Positions 39,991-51,545 of a DNA stretch of 64,000 nucleotides are shown one piece after another. The DNA comes from Octopus sinensis (lineage: Eukaryota). Position numbers and translations under genes: made by a program. How positions within the stretch are numbered: position 1 is the stretch's first letter; each line of letters starts with the position of its first letter. The stretch covers positions 75,516,001 to 75,580,000 of the forward strand of contig NC_042999.1 of NCBI RefSeq assembly GCF_006345805.1, given 5' to 3'. The notes beneath the pieces were generated by a model, which ran no database searches, was not told the DNA's origin, and saw nothing but the letters and a program-made list of their open reading frames with translations.

Positions 39991-40557
39991 CTAATTACTA
40001 TCATATAATTATAAAACTGTAGTTTTGCTTTGACTGAAATTCCCTTTCTACCACTCTTCTGATACCGAAATAACGCATACTGTTGAGCAATTTTTGTTTT
40101 TAAGATTAAATGTATATTAAACTGTCCTCACTGTTCTGCTTCTAATCAGTTCTTCAGTTTTGTTGTTTTATCTTGCAGTCTAAGTTGGTAAGAAGGGATG
40201 TTATTTGTCACATACAACAAATATTGAATAGGTTTTCATAATAACTTATATATTGGTGATATTGTTATTAAATTAGCGTTTCTCGAATGTTTGCAATTGT
40301 TTATTTCCTGGATGTTTTCAAGATATTGCTTGCTTTTCTCAGCGATAGAGTTTATAAGTTTGCGAAACGTGAATGGGAGATTTGAAATATTCTTTTCATA
40401 AACCATAAATCTCTGTCAAAACTGTTGATTTCTTATCAATTATCGTTTGACAGTATCTATCCTGTGATGGAACCAAACGAAATTTTCATTGAACCCAGAT
40501 ATGTACCCACGCGCGTAGACACGTGAGTGTACGTACATATATACATATGCGACTGTT

Positions 40558-40588
<31 letters not shown>

Positions 40589-40621
40589 GTGCGTGTGTGT
40601 GTGTGTGTGTATGTGTGTGTA

Positions 40622-40745
40622 CAGTGATGGGTCGAGGGTTTCGTTTATTTATGAGTCGATTTCTTAATTTCACCGGAGTATAAATATCTATAATAGTGAT
40701 ACTTAAAATGTATACATACACACACACACACACACATACACACAC

Positions 40746-40789
<44 letters not shown>

Positions 40790-41181
40790 ATAAAATTGTT
40801 TAAAATTGAACTTACAAATTTCTCGATAACCTAGTGGTCATATTATTTATATCCTTCAACGAACTAAAGTACGTTCGATTCACTTGACATTACTGAAAGA
40901 CGTTGAAAAATCTTGAATTCTATGCAATATTTTCTACAAGCATTTCATTTTTTCACTTTCTTTTTCATTTGAATCGACCCGCGTCTACGTGTCTCTAGAT
41001 CGTGGTATACCCATGCGCGTAGATATGTGTGGGTACATACATACATACATACATACATATGTGACTCTGTGTGTGCGCGTGCGCAAGCGTGTGTATAGTG
41101 ATGGATTCGGGGATTTCGTTTATTTACGAGTTGATTTCTTAATTTCACCGGAGTGTAACTATCTATAATGGTGATACTTAA
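40622..41181. repeat. Diverged direct repeats (40622-40708 and 41097-41181)
   Basis: Shared TTTCGTTTATTTA...GATTTCTTAATTTCACCGGAGT...GTGATACTTAAAA. Confidence 0.85.
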
Positions 41182-41199
41182 AAAAAAAATGTCACAAAA

Positions 41200-41765
41200 A
41201 ATGTTAAAAAAAGTCAAGTCACAAGTTCTTCAGACTGACAGTACTTTACGTAGTATGTGTGCTGTTCCAAGTAAGCCGATCTTAGCAACACACCTATATT
41301 GTAGGGCATTTCTAAAGTTTCCAGATGTTTCTTCAGGCTGGATGGCATTGAACCCAATGCTCCGATGACAACAGGGACAACCTTTATATTGGACTCTCGT
41401 AGCTGTCACATCTTGGCGATCTCGATTCTCAAGTCTCCATATTTCTCAGCCTTTTTTCATTCTTTCATGATAATATGTTGATCTCCTGGCACTGCCACGT
41501 CGATCATTAGGCACTCTTGTTTGTCCACCTAAAAGTTACTATGTCCGGCCTTTGATGTTCTAACACGTTGTGTATCTGGAAGTCTGTACCCTTACAATCT
41601 GCTTTTCCCCTGTTTCAAAGTGAGCACCGTACAATTCGAGATACCGTATTCCATCCCTATACCCTTAGTGCACATCTGTATAGTCTCAACTAGCCTCTCC
41701 ATTTTAGGCTCTGCTTTTGTGATCAGTTTTAAATCATCCATGAAGAAAAGGTGGTTGAGACGAGG
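41200..41765 (-). mobile_element. R4/Dong-clade RLE LINE fragment with internal deletion
   Basis: RLNHLFFMDDLKL (RT) joined to RPDIV...IDVAVP...EKYGDLRIEI...PVVIGALG...GTAHILRKVL (RLE). Confidence 0.85.
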
Positions 41766-41777
41766 TCCATATTATTA

Positions 41778-41985
41778 TGGTGGCAGAATCGTTAGCATGC
41801 CGGGTAAAATGCTTAACGACATTTCATCCGGCTTTACGTTCTCAGTTTAAATTCCGCTGAGGTCGAGTTTGCCTTTCATTTTTTCGGGATCAAGAAATAA
41901 GCACCAGTTGAACACTGGGATCGATGTAATCGACTATTTCCCTCGCTCAAAATCCCAGGCCTTATGCCTTTAGTAGAAAGGATTA
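41778..41985 (+). mobile_element. Family B SINE ending in an (ATT)n tail
   Basis: TGGCAGAATCGTTAGCATGCCGGG...AGTAGAAAGGATTATTATT. Confidence 0.85.
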
Positions 41986-42002
41986 TTATTATTATTATTG
42001 TT

Positions 42003-42302
42003 TTACCTCACAGAATGTTCGGTCTTGTTTGCTCTGAGAGCGGACAGCAGCCTGTTGTCAAAGGTTTCACAAGGTCTCTTACCCCACATTATAAGCTTTA
42101 TCGTGGGAGACATTGAACATTCAAATACCATTCTCAAAATCCTAGCTGTCCCCAGCAGAGCAATTTTTTGAGCTTGCTGCGCTCTCATACGAATTCCAGA
42201 TTCTCTGACATATTTCTCGAACTTGGTTGTTAAGGCACCAAGTGCCCCTACAGCTACTTGAATGACAGAATCTCTCCTCAAAGTCCACATGACCGTGATC
42301 AA
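42003..42302 (-). mobile_element. R4/Dong-clade LINE 3' end followed by (TAA)n
   Basis: VAVGALGALTTKFEKYVRE...QKIALLGTARILRMVFE, then the 3' UTR and AATAATAATAAT on the minus strand. Confidence 0.85.
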
Positions 42303-42675
42303 TCTACGTATAGATTATTTATATTTAACATTGGTATTATACAGTTTAAGACGCGAATATATATGTGCGTATATTCATAACGCATATATATATATATATA
42401 TATAAATATATATATATGTGTGTGTGTGTGTATGGCTGCATGTATATATGTACGTATGTATGTATGTATGTATGTATGTATGTATGTATGTATGTATGTA
42501 TGTATGTATGTATGTATGTATGTATGTGTGTATGACTATGTATGCAATTAACACTTGTACGCAGTAAGGTTTGCTAAAAAATACATTTGATATGTGGGTA
42601 TGTGTGTATATGTGTGCGTGTATTTGTTTATATATGTATATGTTTATGTATGTATGTATATGTATGTATATATAA

Positions 42676-42929
42676 CTAGAGGTGCGCGAAATAGCGCTGA
42701 TTGAAATATATTTGTGTACAATTATATTTTACATATCTCGGACGTGGAAATATATTCGCTGTGAAACTTTCAGCAGAAAAAGTCTCCCTATAGATACTTC
42801 AGCAGGACATGTATGACCTCATCGAACCTCCTGAAGGATATGCTTTTGCATAATTACGCTTCATTAGCTACGGATACTGTATCTGTTGTTCATAGACTAC
42901 AAAGAAACAGCTGTTCTTATATTTAAAGA
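42676..42929 (-). mobile_element. Non-autonomous Helitron
   Basis: Minus strand: 5' TCTTTAAATATAAG, 3' hairpin GCGC tatttc GCGC then ACCTCTAG|T. Confidence 0.65.
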
Positions 42930-43190
42930 GTAAACAGTGCATTTGATGATGTGCGTAAAGCTTGGCAAATTTGAAATTAATTAAGTAGAGAAACACAAAT
43001 CAGGGTTGATGGAAGTATATGCGTGTATTATTATATCTGACATTTTCGTGTATACTCAGAAAAAAACCTCGCTACGGAACTCATCAGGTGAGAAAAATTC
43101 TCAATATAAGCAATGCGAGTGTAAAACACATAACTCAGCTACACATAGACACACGAACAGGTATATTATTCGTACATGCATACACGCGCA

Positions 43191-43403
43191 TACGAGAGGG
43201 TACTAAAAAGTTCCTGACTTTAAGGAAAAAAGCCTGGCTGGAGGCTCATCCTTCTGATTCTTTTAGAGGGTTTAGAAAACTGAAGGACAGCTGCAATAAG
43301 TGTGTGAATCTGAGACGGAGAATATGTTGAATAAAATCATAATTATCTGATCCTCCTGTATTTCTTTTACCCAACGCCAGGGAATTTTCAGCACCCCTAC
43401 GTA
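43191..43403 (+). mobile_element. Internally deleted mariner (MITE-like)
   Basis: Imperfect TIRs TACGAGAGGGTACTAAAAAGTTCCTG and CAGGGAATTTTCAGCACCCCTACGTA; internal remnant FRKLKDSCNKCVNL of the transposase end. Confidence 0.75.
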
Positions 43404-43695
43404 TATACATATACGGACAGGCATGTAGACAAGAACATATAAATATACATATGTGTTGAAGAGATCTAGATTTTTACACTGTACTCCAATTTTTAAGGGA
43501 AGGTAGAATAAGTTTATTGACAAATGAATAAGAAACTATCCTGGTCATAGCTAGATCATAGATGTGCATTCATATTTCAGAACGGATTAAACCATGTTAT
43601 ATGCGCATGTATGAGGGTTTTTTTAAAAACTCTGTGATATGACTTCTGTTATTACTATATTGCACTTTCCCCTAAGTCCACCCCAAGCTAAACCA

Positions 43696-43726
<31 letters not shown>

Positions 43727-43961
43727 CATACATACATACATACAATCATACATACATACATACATACATACATACATACATACATACATACATAATACAT
43801 ATGTCTAGATAAGCAACTATATGCATGGGAATACATACATAAAACAAAATATACAAATCTGCACATATACATACATGCATACATACATACATACATACAT
43901 TCATACAGACGCACGTGTATATGTGTGTGAGAGAGAGAGAGAGAAATAGAGACAGAGAGAA

Positions 43962-43992
<31 letters not shown>

Positions 43993-44029
43993 GAGAAATA
44001 GAGAGAGAGAAATGACAACGATGACGATG

Positions 44030-44061
44030 GTGATGATGATGATTGCGATGATGACGACGAC

Positions 44062-44109
<48 letters not shown>

Positions 44110-44225
44110 AAATATGAACGATGGTAGCCTTGATGATGGCGATCTTGATTATGCTGATAACGTTGCTATTGGTAATGCTAAAGATGTTGATGACAATGGT
44201 GCTGGTTGCTGACAGTGATAATGAG
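44030..44225. repeat. (GAT)n microsatellite and decayed extension
   Basis: Direct tandem repeat; similar decayed GAT/GAC tracts at 45525-45770 and 46440-46720. Confidence 0.9.
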
Positions 44226-44397
44226 GCTATATTTCTGTATTCCTATTAATTTTTTACTTTATTATCATAAAAATAATTTAGTTTTTCTATCAACTAAATT
44301 TCTATAATTTCTTTCTCTATGTACTTCCGTTGTTTATGTGTGCATGCGTGCGTGTGTGCGTGCGTGTGTGCGTGCGTGTGTGCGCGCGCGTGTGTGT

Positions 44398-44434
<37 letters not shown>

Positions 44435-44634
44435 TTTATCCGTGTGTGCGTGTGTATTTTAATACAATTTCGGTAACAACCTTGTAGTGTGCTTTCCAAA
44501 CCTCCTCCCTGGGCATCGGCTGCCAAATACTATCATCCAATAGAAGTTCTGTTACTGGATATACATGTGGAAATCCGCAAATTCCTGTGGAGCATAATCA
44601 AATTTTAATAGGTGGGTATAGATTGAATAGGCTG

Positions 44635-44670
<36 letters not shown>

Positions 44671-44704
44671 ACACATACACACACAGAAACACATATACAT
44701 TTAT

Positions 44705-44744
<40 letters not shown>

Positions 44745-44832
44745 AATCCAAACGGGAAAACAGAAAAAACAACAACACGTGGAACAATTACAGTATTATT
44801 ATTAATAGGCGCTCAGGAAAGATGGAAGCAGG

Positions 44833-44897
<65 letters not shown>

Positions 44898-45096
44898 CGA
44901 CAAGAAATAATTTTGTCTCTTTTTATGGAAACAAAAGGGTTTATAAGACTGCAAAAAGAAGCGCCCAAATGTAATTGAGACAGAGATAAAGAAACATTGA
45001 TCATAGAACATCATATTCGAGTCAACGAATGTATATACATATATATATGCATATATATATATACATATATATATATGATATATATATATGTATGCA

Positions 45097-45180
<84 letters not shown>

Positions 45181-45402
45181 TGTTGTATTTGGGGATGGTC
45201 ATGTTGCCAGTTTAGCCAATAAAAACACATGCACAATATGTGGCTGAAATACGATTAATATAAAATAAAGTTGATGCAAGTGAGCACCAAATATATAGTG
45301 CGTGTGTTTTTACTTGCAAAACTGACAACACGACCCTTCCCAAATACAACGATATCTGTTTCAGCACACGAATTCACATCAAGTATCTTGCAAAAGGAAT
45401 AT

Positions 45403-45441
<39 letters not shown>

Positions 45442-45469
45442 CACACACGCACGCACACACAGACAGACA

Positions 45470-45526
<57 letters not shown>

Positions 45527-46283
45527 GACGATGAGGAGGAGAAGACATGTATCGGTCGTGGTAAGAAGGTTGTTGTGGTTGATAATAATGATGATGCTGA
45601 TCTGAATGTAAATGATAACAATAATGATATAGATGATGACGACGACGACGACAACTGCGATGTTGGAGGGGAGATAGACGATAATGATGATGATAGTGAT
45701 GACAAGAAAATAAAGGCGATATTGAATTGTGATCGAATAGTCTGATTGAAAGATGACAAAAGATGACAAAAGTTGATAAAAACGCTAAACTGAAATAAAA
45801 CTTAAAAAGAAAAAAAATGAAAAAAAAAATTGAGTATCACCAATGGAAAAACAAACATTCAAAAAGGAACAAAAACTATGATAATAATAAGATACAAAAC
45901 TAGATAACTACAGAAATACAATGAGACTAATTCAACAGTATATGGTGATCTCAAGTCAAAGAGTAACGCTGCGTAATAAACGCGAAGACTCATTAAGTAT
46001 AGGAAAACGTCGTTGATGCAGCGATTCTAACGCTTCTGCAAATATTTACTCAGCCATTAGCTCATGCGTAAATGTATGTGCCTGCGAGTATATACATGCA
46101 TGCATGTATGTATGTATGTATGTATGTATGTATGTATGTATGTATGTATGTATGTATGTATGTATGTATGTATATATGTATGTATGCATGAAAGCATGTA
46201 TATATATATATATATATATATATGCACTCACACATATACATATTTACAAGCATTTATGTTAATATATATGTGTATATATATAT

Positions 46284-46374
<91 letters not shown>

Positions 46375-46744
46375 GTGTACATAAGTCTATATTTTGTGCA
46401 TTATCTTTTCTGTAGTTTAGGTGGCTAGAAAGGTTGAGGAGACATTAATGATGATATAGTAACGATGATAATGAGAAAAATAGTGTTGAAAATGATTCTT
46501 GCGGCGGTGGTGGTGTTTGTGACGATGATGATGATGATGATGATGATGACGACGACGACGACGTATACGATGATAATGAACCCGGCGATGTGGAAACCTT
46601 TGATGCTGATAGTGTAGTCGTTAAGGATGAAGAGAGAAAAAAGTACGATATGAAGACGACAATGGCGGTGTTACACAGTGTGGTGTGGTTAAGAGATAAG
46701 GTGGAAGATGCACGAATACAACAATGTGGTATACATATGCATAG

Positions 46745-46898
46745 ACGCAGGCGTGGCTGTGTGGTAAGAAGTATCTTCTATTATAGCCTAGGCTTCTGCT
46801 ATAGTCACAACAGGCTTCTCGGTGGATTTAGGCGACGGAAACTGAAAGAAGCCTATTGTATATAATATGTACATGTGTGTGTGTGTGTGCGTGTGTTT

Positions 46899-46939
<41 letters not shown>

Positions 46940-47150
46940 GTGCGTGGGTGTGGGTATTTATGCTTGTCCTTCACCACTGCTTGACAGCCAGTCTTGATTT
47001 GTTTACGTCCCCATAACTTAGGACTTCGGCAGAAGATATCGTAAGTACCATGCTTTAAAACAAGAGAGTGATGGAGGCGATTATTTGGCCTTCACTTCAA
47101 GGTAGTATCCCAGCGTGACTACAGTTTAATGACTGAAATAATTAAAAAAA
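46745..47150 (+). mobile_element. Internally deleted composite family A SINE
   Basis: GACGCAGGCGTGGCTGTGTGGTAAG...CGGAAACTGAAAGAAGCC, then (GT)n and the 3' module. Confidence 0.8.
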
Positions 47151-47420
47151 AGACGATACCCACATTCATATATAGTTCTCAAAACAGCAAGAAAAGTATT
47201 TTAATCTCCAGTCTATCGGAGCTTCCTGAAAAATATCATAATGTCAACTTTGGAGCTAATTTATAGTAAATACATTTGTGATTAGTGATCTTCAGCTGCA
47301 TCTCTTTGTTTAACTACTGGCGGAAGGAACCGTTTATAGACAAAATGGTGACTGAGAATAGATCAGATAGATAGATACTATATATGTATATATATATATA
47401 TATATATAATATATATATAT

Positions 47421-47550
47421 ATTTATTATATAGAAGGAGCTTCTACAGGACTAGAACTGTTTCATTCAAGAGAAATCATCAGGAAGCTCTGAAGATTTCT
47501 CTTGAATGAAACAGTTCTAGTCCTGTAGAAGCTCCTTCTATATAATAAAT
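47421..47550. repeat. 62-bp inverted repeat (1 mismatch, 6-nt loop) made of two opposed hammerhead motifs
   Basis: Arms 47421-47482 and 47489-47550, loop GAAGCT. Confidence 0.95.
47437..47489 (-). ncRNA. Type-I hammerhead ribozyme motif
   Basis: GAGCTTC-CTGATGA-T TTC tctt GAA T-GAAA-CAG ttctagtc CTG-TA^GAAGCTC. It has a 7-bp stem I, 4-bp stem III and GUA triplet; stem II is short and closed by U-U. Confidence 0.7.
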
Positions 47551-47615
47551 TAATTTTACTCTGCTATGTATTGAGTACCTTATTTACTGTGGTTAACCCC
47601 GATCAACCCGGGACC

Positions 47616-47666
<51 letters not shown>

Positions 47667-48178
47667 AAAATGAGAAAGAGAGAGACAGATATATATATGT
47701 ATATATATATATATATATATATAATACAAAATACACAGTTGTATCTTGAGATTATTCGTAATAACAATACTCAAAATATAATACAGACTGGAGTTGTAGT
47801 GCTCCAAATGAGCTATATTCCACTTCTTAATTTGAGCGGAGGCAATGCGAGCAGGAACTAAAGGAGCATCACTAAGATACACACTCAAAGATCAAATACA
47901 TACATATATTCATATATTCATTTGTATCTACAGAACGGATATAAAATTCGACATATATAAATATAATAATATATATAAATAGATAAAAATCATATAATAT
48001 ATATAAATATATAAGAATCAGTGTTACATAAAAAACACTGAATTTACGCTTAAAGTTATAAAACATTGGTATAATTCAAAATTTGGGATAATAAGACATA
48101 AAAAGGACATTTAAAATGACGTATTAAAATTCCAGAAAAAATACAAATTTTACAAAAATTACAAAATTTCGGAGACGC

Positions 48179-48237
48179 ACCAATTAATATGATACATTTC
48201 ATATTTTCGAAACTGACAATCCCCTCATCAGGATGGT
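48179..48237 (-). ncRNA. Decayed type-I hammerhead ribozyme motif
   Basis: ACCATC-CTGATGA-GGGG attgtcag TTTC-GAAA-ATATG aaatgtat CATAT-TA^ATTGGT. Core and stem III are intact; stem II is G-C plus three G-U; stem I is imperfect. Confidence 0.55.
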
Positions 48238-48419
48238 TTTTTTTACACACAATACACAATACATAGAAACAAATGTACAATTACATACCAGCCATATGCG
48301 AAAATTTTCGCATTAACTTTGTACTTTAATGTAACTAGCTTGTGTCAGTCGTAATTATTTGTTTATATTCTAATTTAAAAGAGAGTGAATGTTGATGATT
48401 ATTAAATAATCCTTATTAC

Positions 48420-48630
48420 TATAGGCTCAAGGCTTGAATTTTTTCTTTTTTGGTTGAGGATACTAATCAATTATCTTGGCCCCAATGCTTGTCTGATACT
48501 TAATTCATCGACTCCGAAAGGATGAAAAGCGAAGTCGACCTCTGCGAAATATGAACTCAGAACGTAAAGACGGACGAAATATCGCCTAGCATTTTGTACG
48601 ATGTGCTACGATTTTGATAGCTCACCGCAC
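48420..48630 (-). mobile_element. Family B SINE
   Basis: CGAAAGGATGAAAAGCGAAGTCGACCTC...GAACTCAGAACG. Confidence 0.8.
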
Positions 48631-48638
48631 TTGAATCA

Positions 48639-50336
48639 CACTGGAAAACGATTTTAAACATAATTTCTGTTGAGTTAGCCGTTTCACATGATTTTTACTA
48701 AAATTGGCATGTTGATTTCAAAACTACAGTCAATTTTCTTCTTCCACGTCAAGTTCTTTTTTTTTTCTACAGCTTATTCTCTGAATAAGCATAATTGTAT
48801 TGTTTGTCAGTAAGTAATGCGGCTGGTCAGCTGCTTTATTATTTTAATGATAATATTGGGGAATATTTTTCGAAAACTTTTTAACTGCTCTGCTTTTCAT
48901 AATTTGTCCTACCCAATTTTGATGGTGCTGGGTTCAGAAATTTCCCTTATACATAGTAGGATAAATGATTCCGTCAATATGGAGTTTTTGCTACTCAAGG
49001 AGTGAAGTTTCTCATTGTTGCTTTGCGTGAATAACTTGCAACCTGACAGTCTCTTTGAAGAAATCAGTAGTAGTCATATTTGTGTTCCACCTGTCTTGAA
49101 ACCTAGTCTCCATGGTCTCGATGTTTTGGTGGAATCTTTCTCTTTGCTCATCCCTTATTACCCTATGATTTTCAGGAAAGTAGTCCAAATGATGGAGCAG
49201 GAAATGCACTTTTATTTTCATGTTGCACCCCGCTGAGTAACAAGTGCTTCATAATTTGATGATTTCGTATATCCTGAAAATAAGCCATAACTGCAGCAAA
49301 GATATTCAATGCTTCTTTTTCAACACCAGACATGGTCTTGGTCCCCCAAAACTGCTCGTCTGGCAATAGCTACCGAATCTGTGGCCCGTCAAACACATCA
49401 GCCTTAATTTTCTCACAAGACAAAGCTGGAAACTTTCTGCCCAAGTATTCAAAACTGTCACTGTCTCAGTGTTTCAACACATGTTTTACACACTATATGA
49501 AATGCTCAGGCTTGGTCTTCATCACCCAGAGTCTTGCCAAAGTAAGTAAGGTGAGCTTTCTTCAAAAATATGTGATTTTGTCTCTCTGCCTAGTAAAGTG
49601 CGACTTTCACAAATAAAACAGAAGACATTAAGGCAATTTTTACAATTTCTTCTCTTACAATTGGCTCTATTTCTGAAATATAAAACATATATTCAAGCCA
49701 GTTGTCACTTGGGAGAAACATTTTCAGAGTTGTCAAGTTATCAAATAAGCAAATGCAGATTTCTTACGGCAATGTTCTATAAACTGCATATATACCATGA
49801 AGTTATTTTTACAGCTCTTTGACTATACTTGACTAAAAGTGACCATGACCCATGTGACTCCGAAGGGAAATATTAAGAGCGTATTCAAAATACCAATTTT
49901 TCACAAGAAATAACGTCTCATCTAGTTTGCAATGATAGTCAAACTAAATCAAGCACAGCATAGGTAGAATTTATCTGCAGACAATCCGCAAATATGAGGC
50001 ATGTATGACGTCAAGAACCACAGAAATAAGCTGGCATTTCTTCTTTCATCATGACATTGAAAACTACTTAGATCGAAAATAGTGGAAGTTGCTCAACTTT
50101 ACTGGGTTTTTTTTATTTACTGAAGATACTTAAACCATGACTTTTGTTTTTATTTTTGCTGTTGCATCTACATTAAATGCTATTGAAAAACTGTTTTCAA
50201 GCTACATCAGACCCCATACATAGGTCTGCATTTAATACTGGAAATGATGAAAAATGGACATTTGAGTTTGCGATCGAGCAGAATCTATTTCATTTTTGAA
50301 ATCAAAACCAGACAACAAAAAGTATGTTCTCCAGTG
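48639..50336 (-). mobile_element. Internally deleted Chapaev3-like (CMC) DNA transposon
   Basis: Termini CACTGGAAAAC and GTTCTCCAGTG with 3-bp flanks TCA and TTA. Peptides KKAHLTYFGKTLGDEDQA*AFHIVCKTCVETLRQ, KFPALSCEKIKADVFDGPQIR and KVHFLLHHLDYFPEN...DEQRERFHQNIETMETRFQDRW. Confidence 0.7.
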
Positions 50337-51324
50337 TTATTAAATAATAATAAAACTGGACTGTTCATTTTTCTTCCTAAGCTGTAGTATCGTCTCGTGG
50401 GCTTAATTTCACATCGAAATCAGTTGCGTGTGCCATTTACTTATTTATTCATAACTCGCGTTGTATGGATACTTTATTAGTTATTGTTAAGCAATCAGAC
50501 CTTAATGTTATGTAAACTCACAGAAACCACGGCTTCTGGACAGATTTCTGTTAATCGTTGTATGATATCGACACATTTGATTCTCAATTTGTGTAATTTT
50601 TTCTGATACATAGTATGTCTAATTTTCCTTTATACCCGTTATTCGTTCAAGAGTATTCATTCATTCAGCAAATATTTCATTATTTTATTGCGGTCTTAAT
50701 CTCTTTTAAACGAACTCAAAATTAGTTTGTCATCTATGTGCTCGTTTAGTATGCTAGAAATAGCAAGAATCAGGTGCTTGCATTCTAAGGCCTATCGCAT
50801 ACCGGACAGTAGTGACAACAAATTAAACTGATATTTTTTCAAATTATATCGTTGTCATAAACCAGTTCAAAGAAGGTTTTAATGCAAACTTTATTTCTAC
50901 TCGCCGTCTAATCCGTTAATCACTACCGTTCAACGATTAAGACGCCTTGTTTCATATTAAGTAAAGATAGTATCCATCTATCAACGTCATTTGACACTAT
51001 GCCGCATTCTCGTACTCAATACAAAATAAGACATCTATATTTTTATCTATTATTTACCATTATAGAAAAGAATTAATGATAGGATAATATAATTCATAAC
51101 AGTCGGTGTAATGATTTCAAATTACTTTCATTGAGCTTTCTTCCCGGTAACTTGAAATTACGTTCAGATTACCAGGAAGTAGAATGAAATCAATTTCAAA
51201 TTACCCCAGCTGTATTTTGAAATAGACTCAGCTTATCCTTTATGATTTCAGATTACTCCCTTAAATCCTTTCCCAAGTATTCGTCGTTTTGGTGATAAAT
51301 AAAAGAATAATTATCATATGTTAG

Positions 51325-51545
51325 GAAAAGGGGCGAGCCGACAGAATCGTTAGCACACCGGGAAAAATGTTTAGCGGCATTTCGTCTGTCTTTACATTCT
51401 GAGTTCAAATTCTATCGAGGTCGACTTTGCCTTTCATCCTTTCGGGGTCGATGAAATAAGTACCATTTATGCACTGTGGTCGATGTAATCGACTAGTTCC
51501 CTCCCCCAAAATTTCAGGCCTGGTGCCAATAGTAGAAAGGATTAT
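51325..51545 (+). mobile_element. Family B SINE
   Basis: GGCGAGCCGACAGAATCGTTAGCACACCGGG...AGTAGAAAGGATTAT. Confidence 0.85.
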
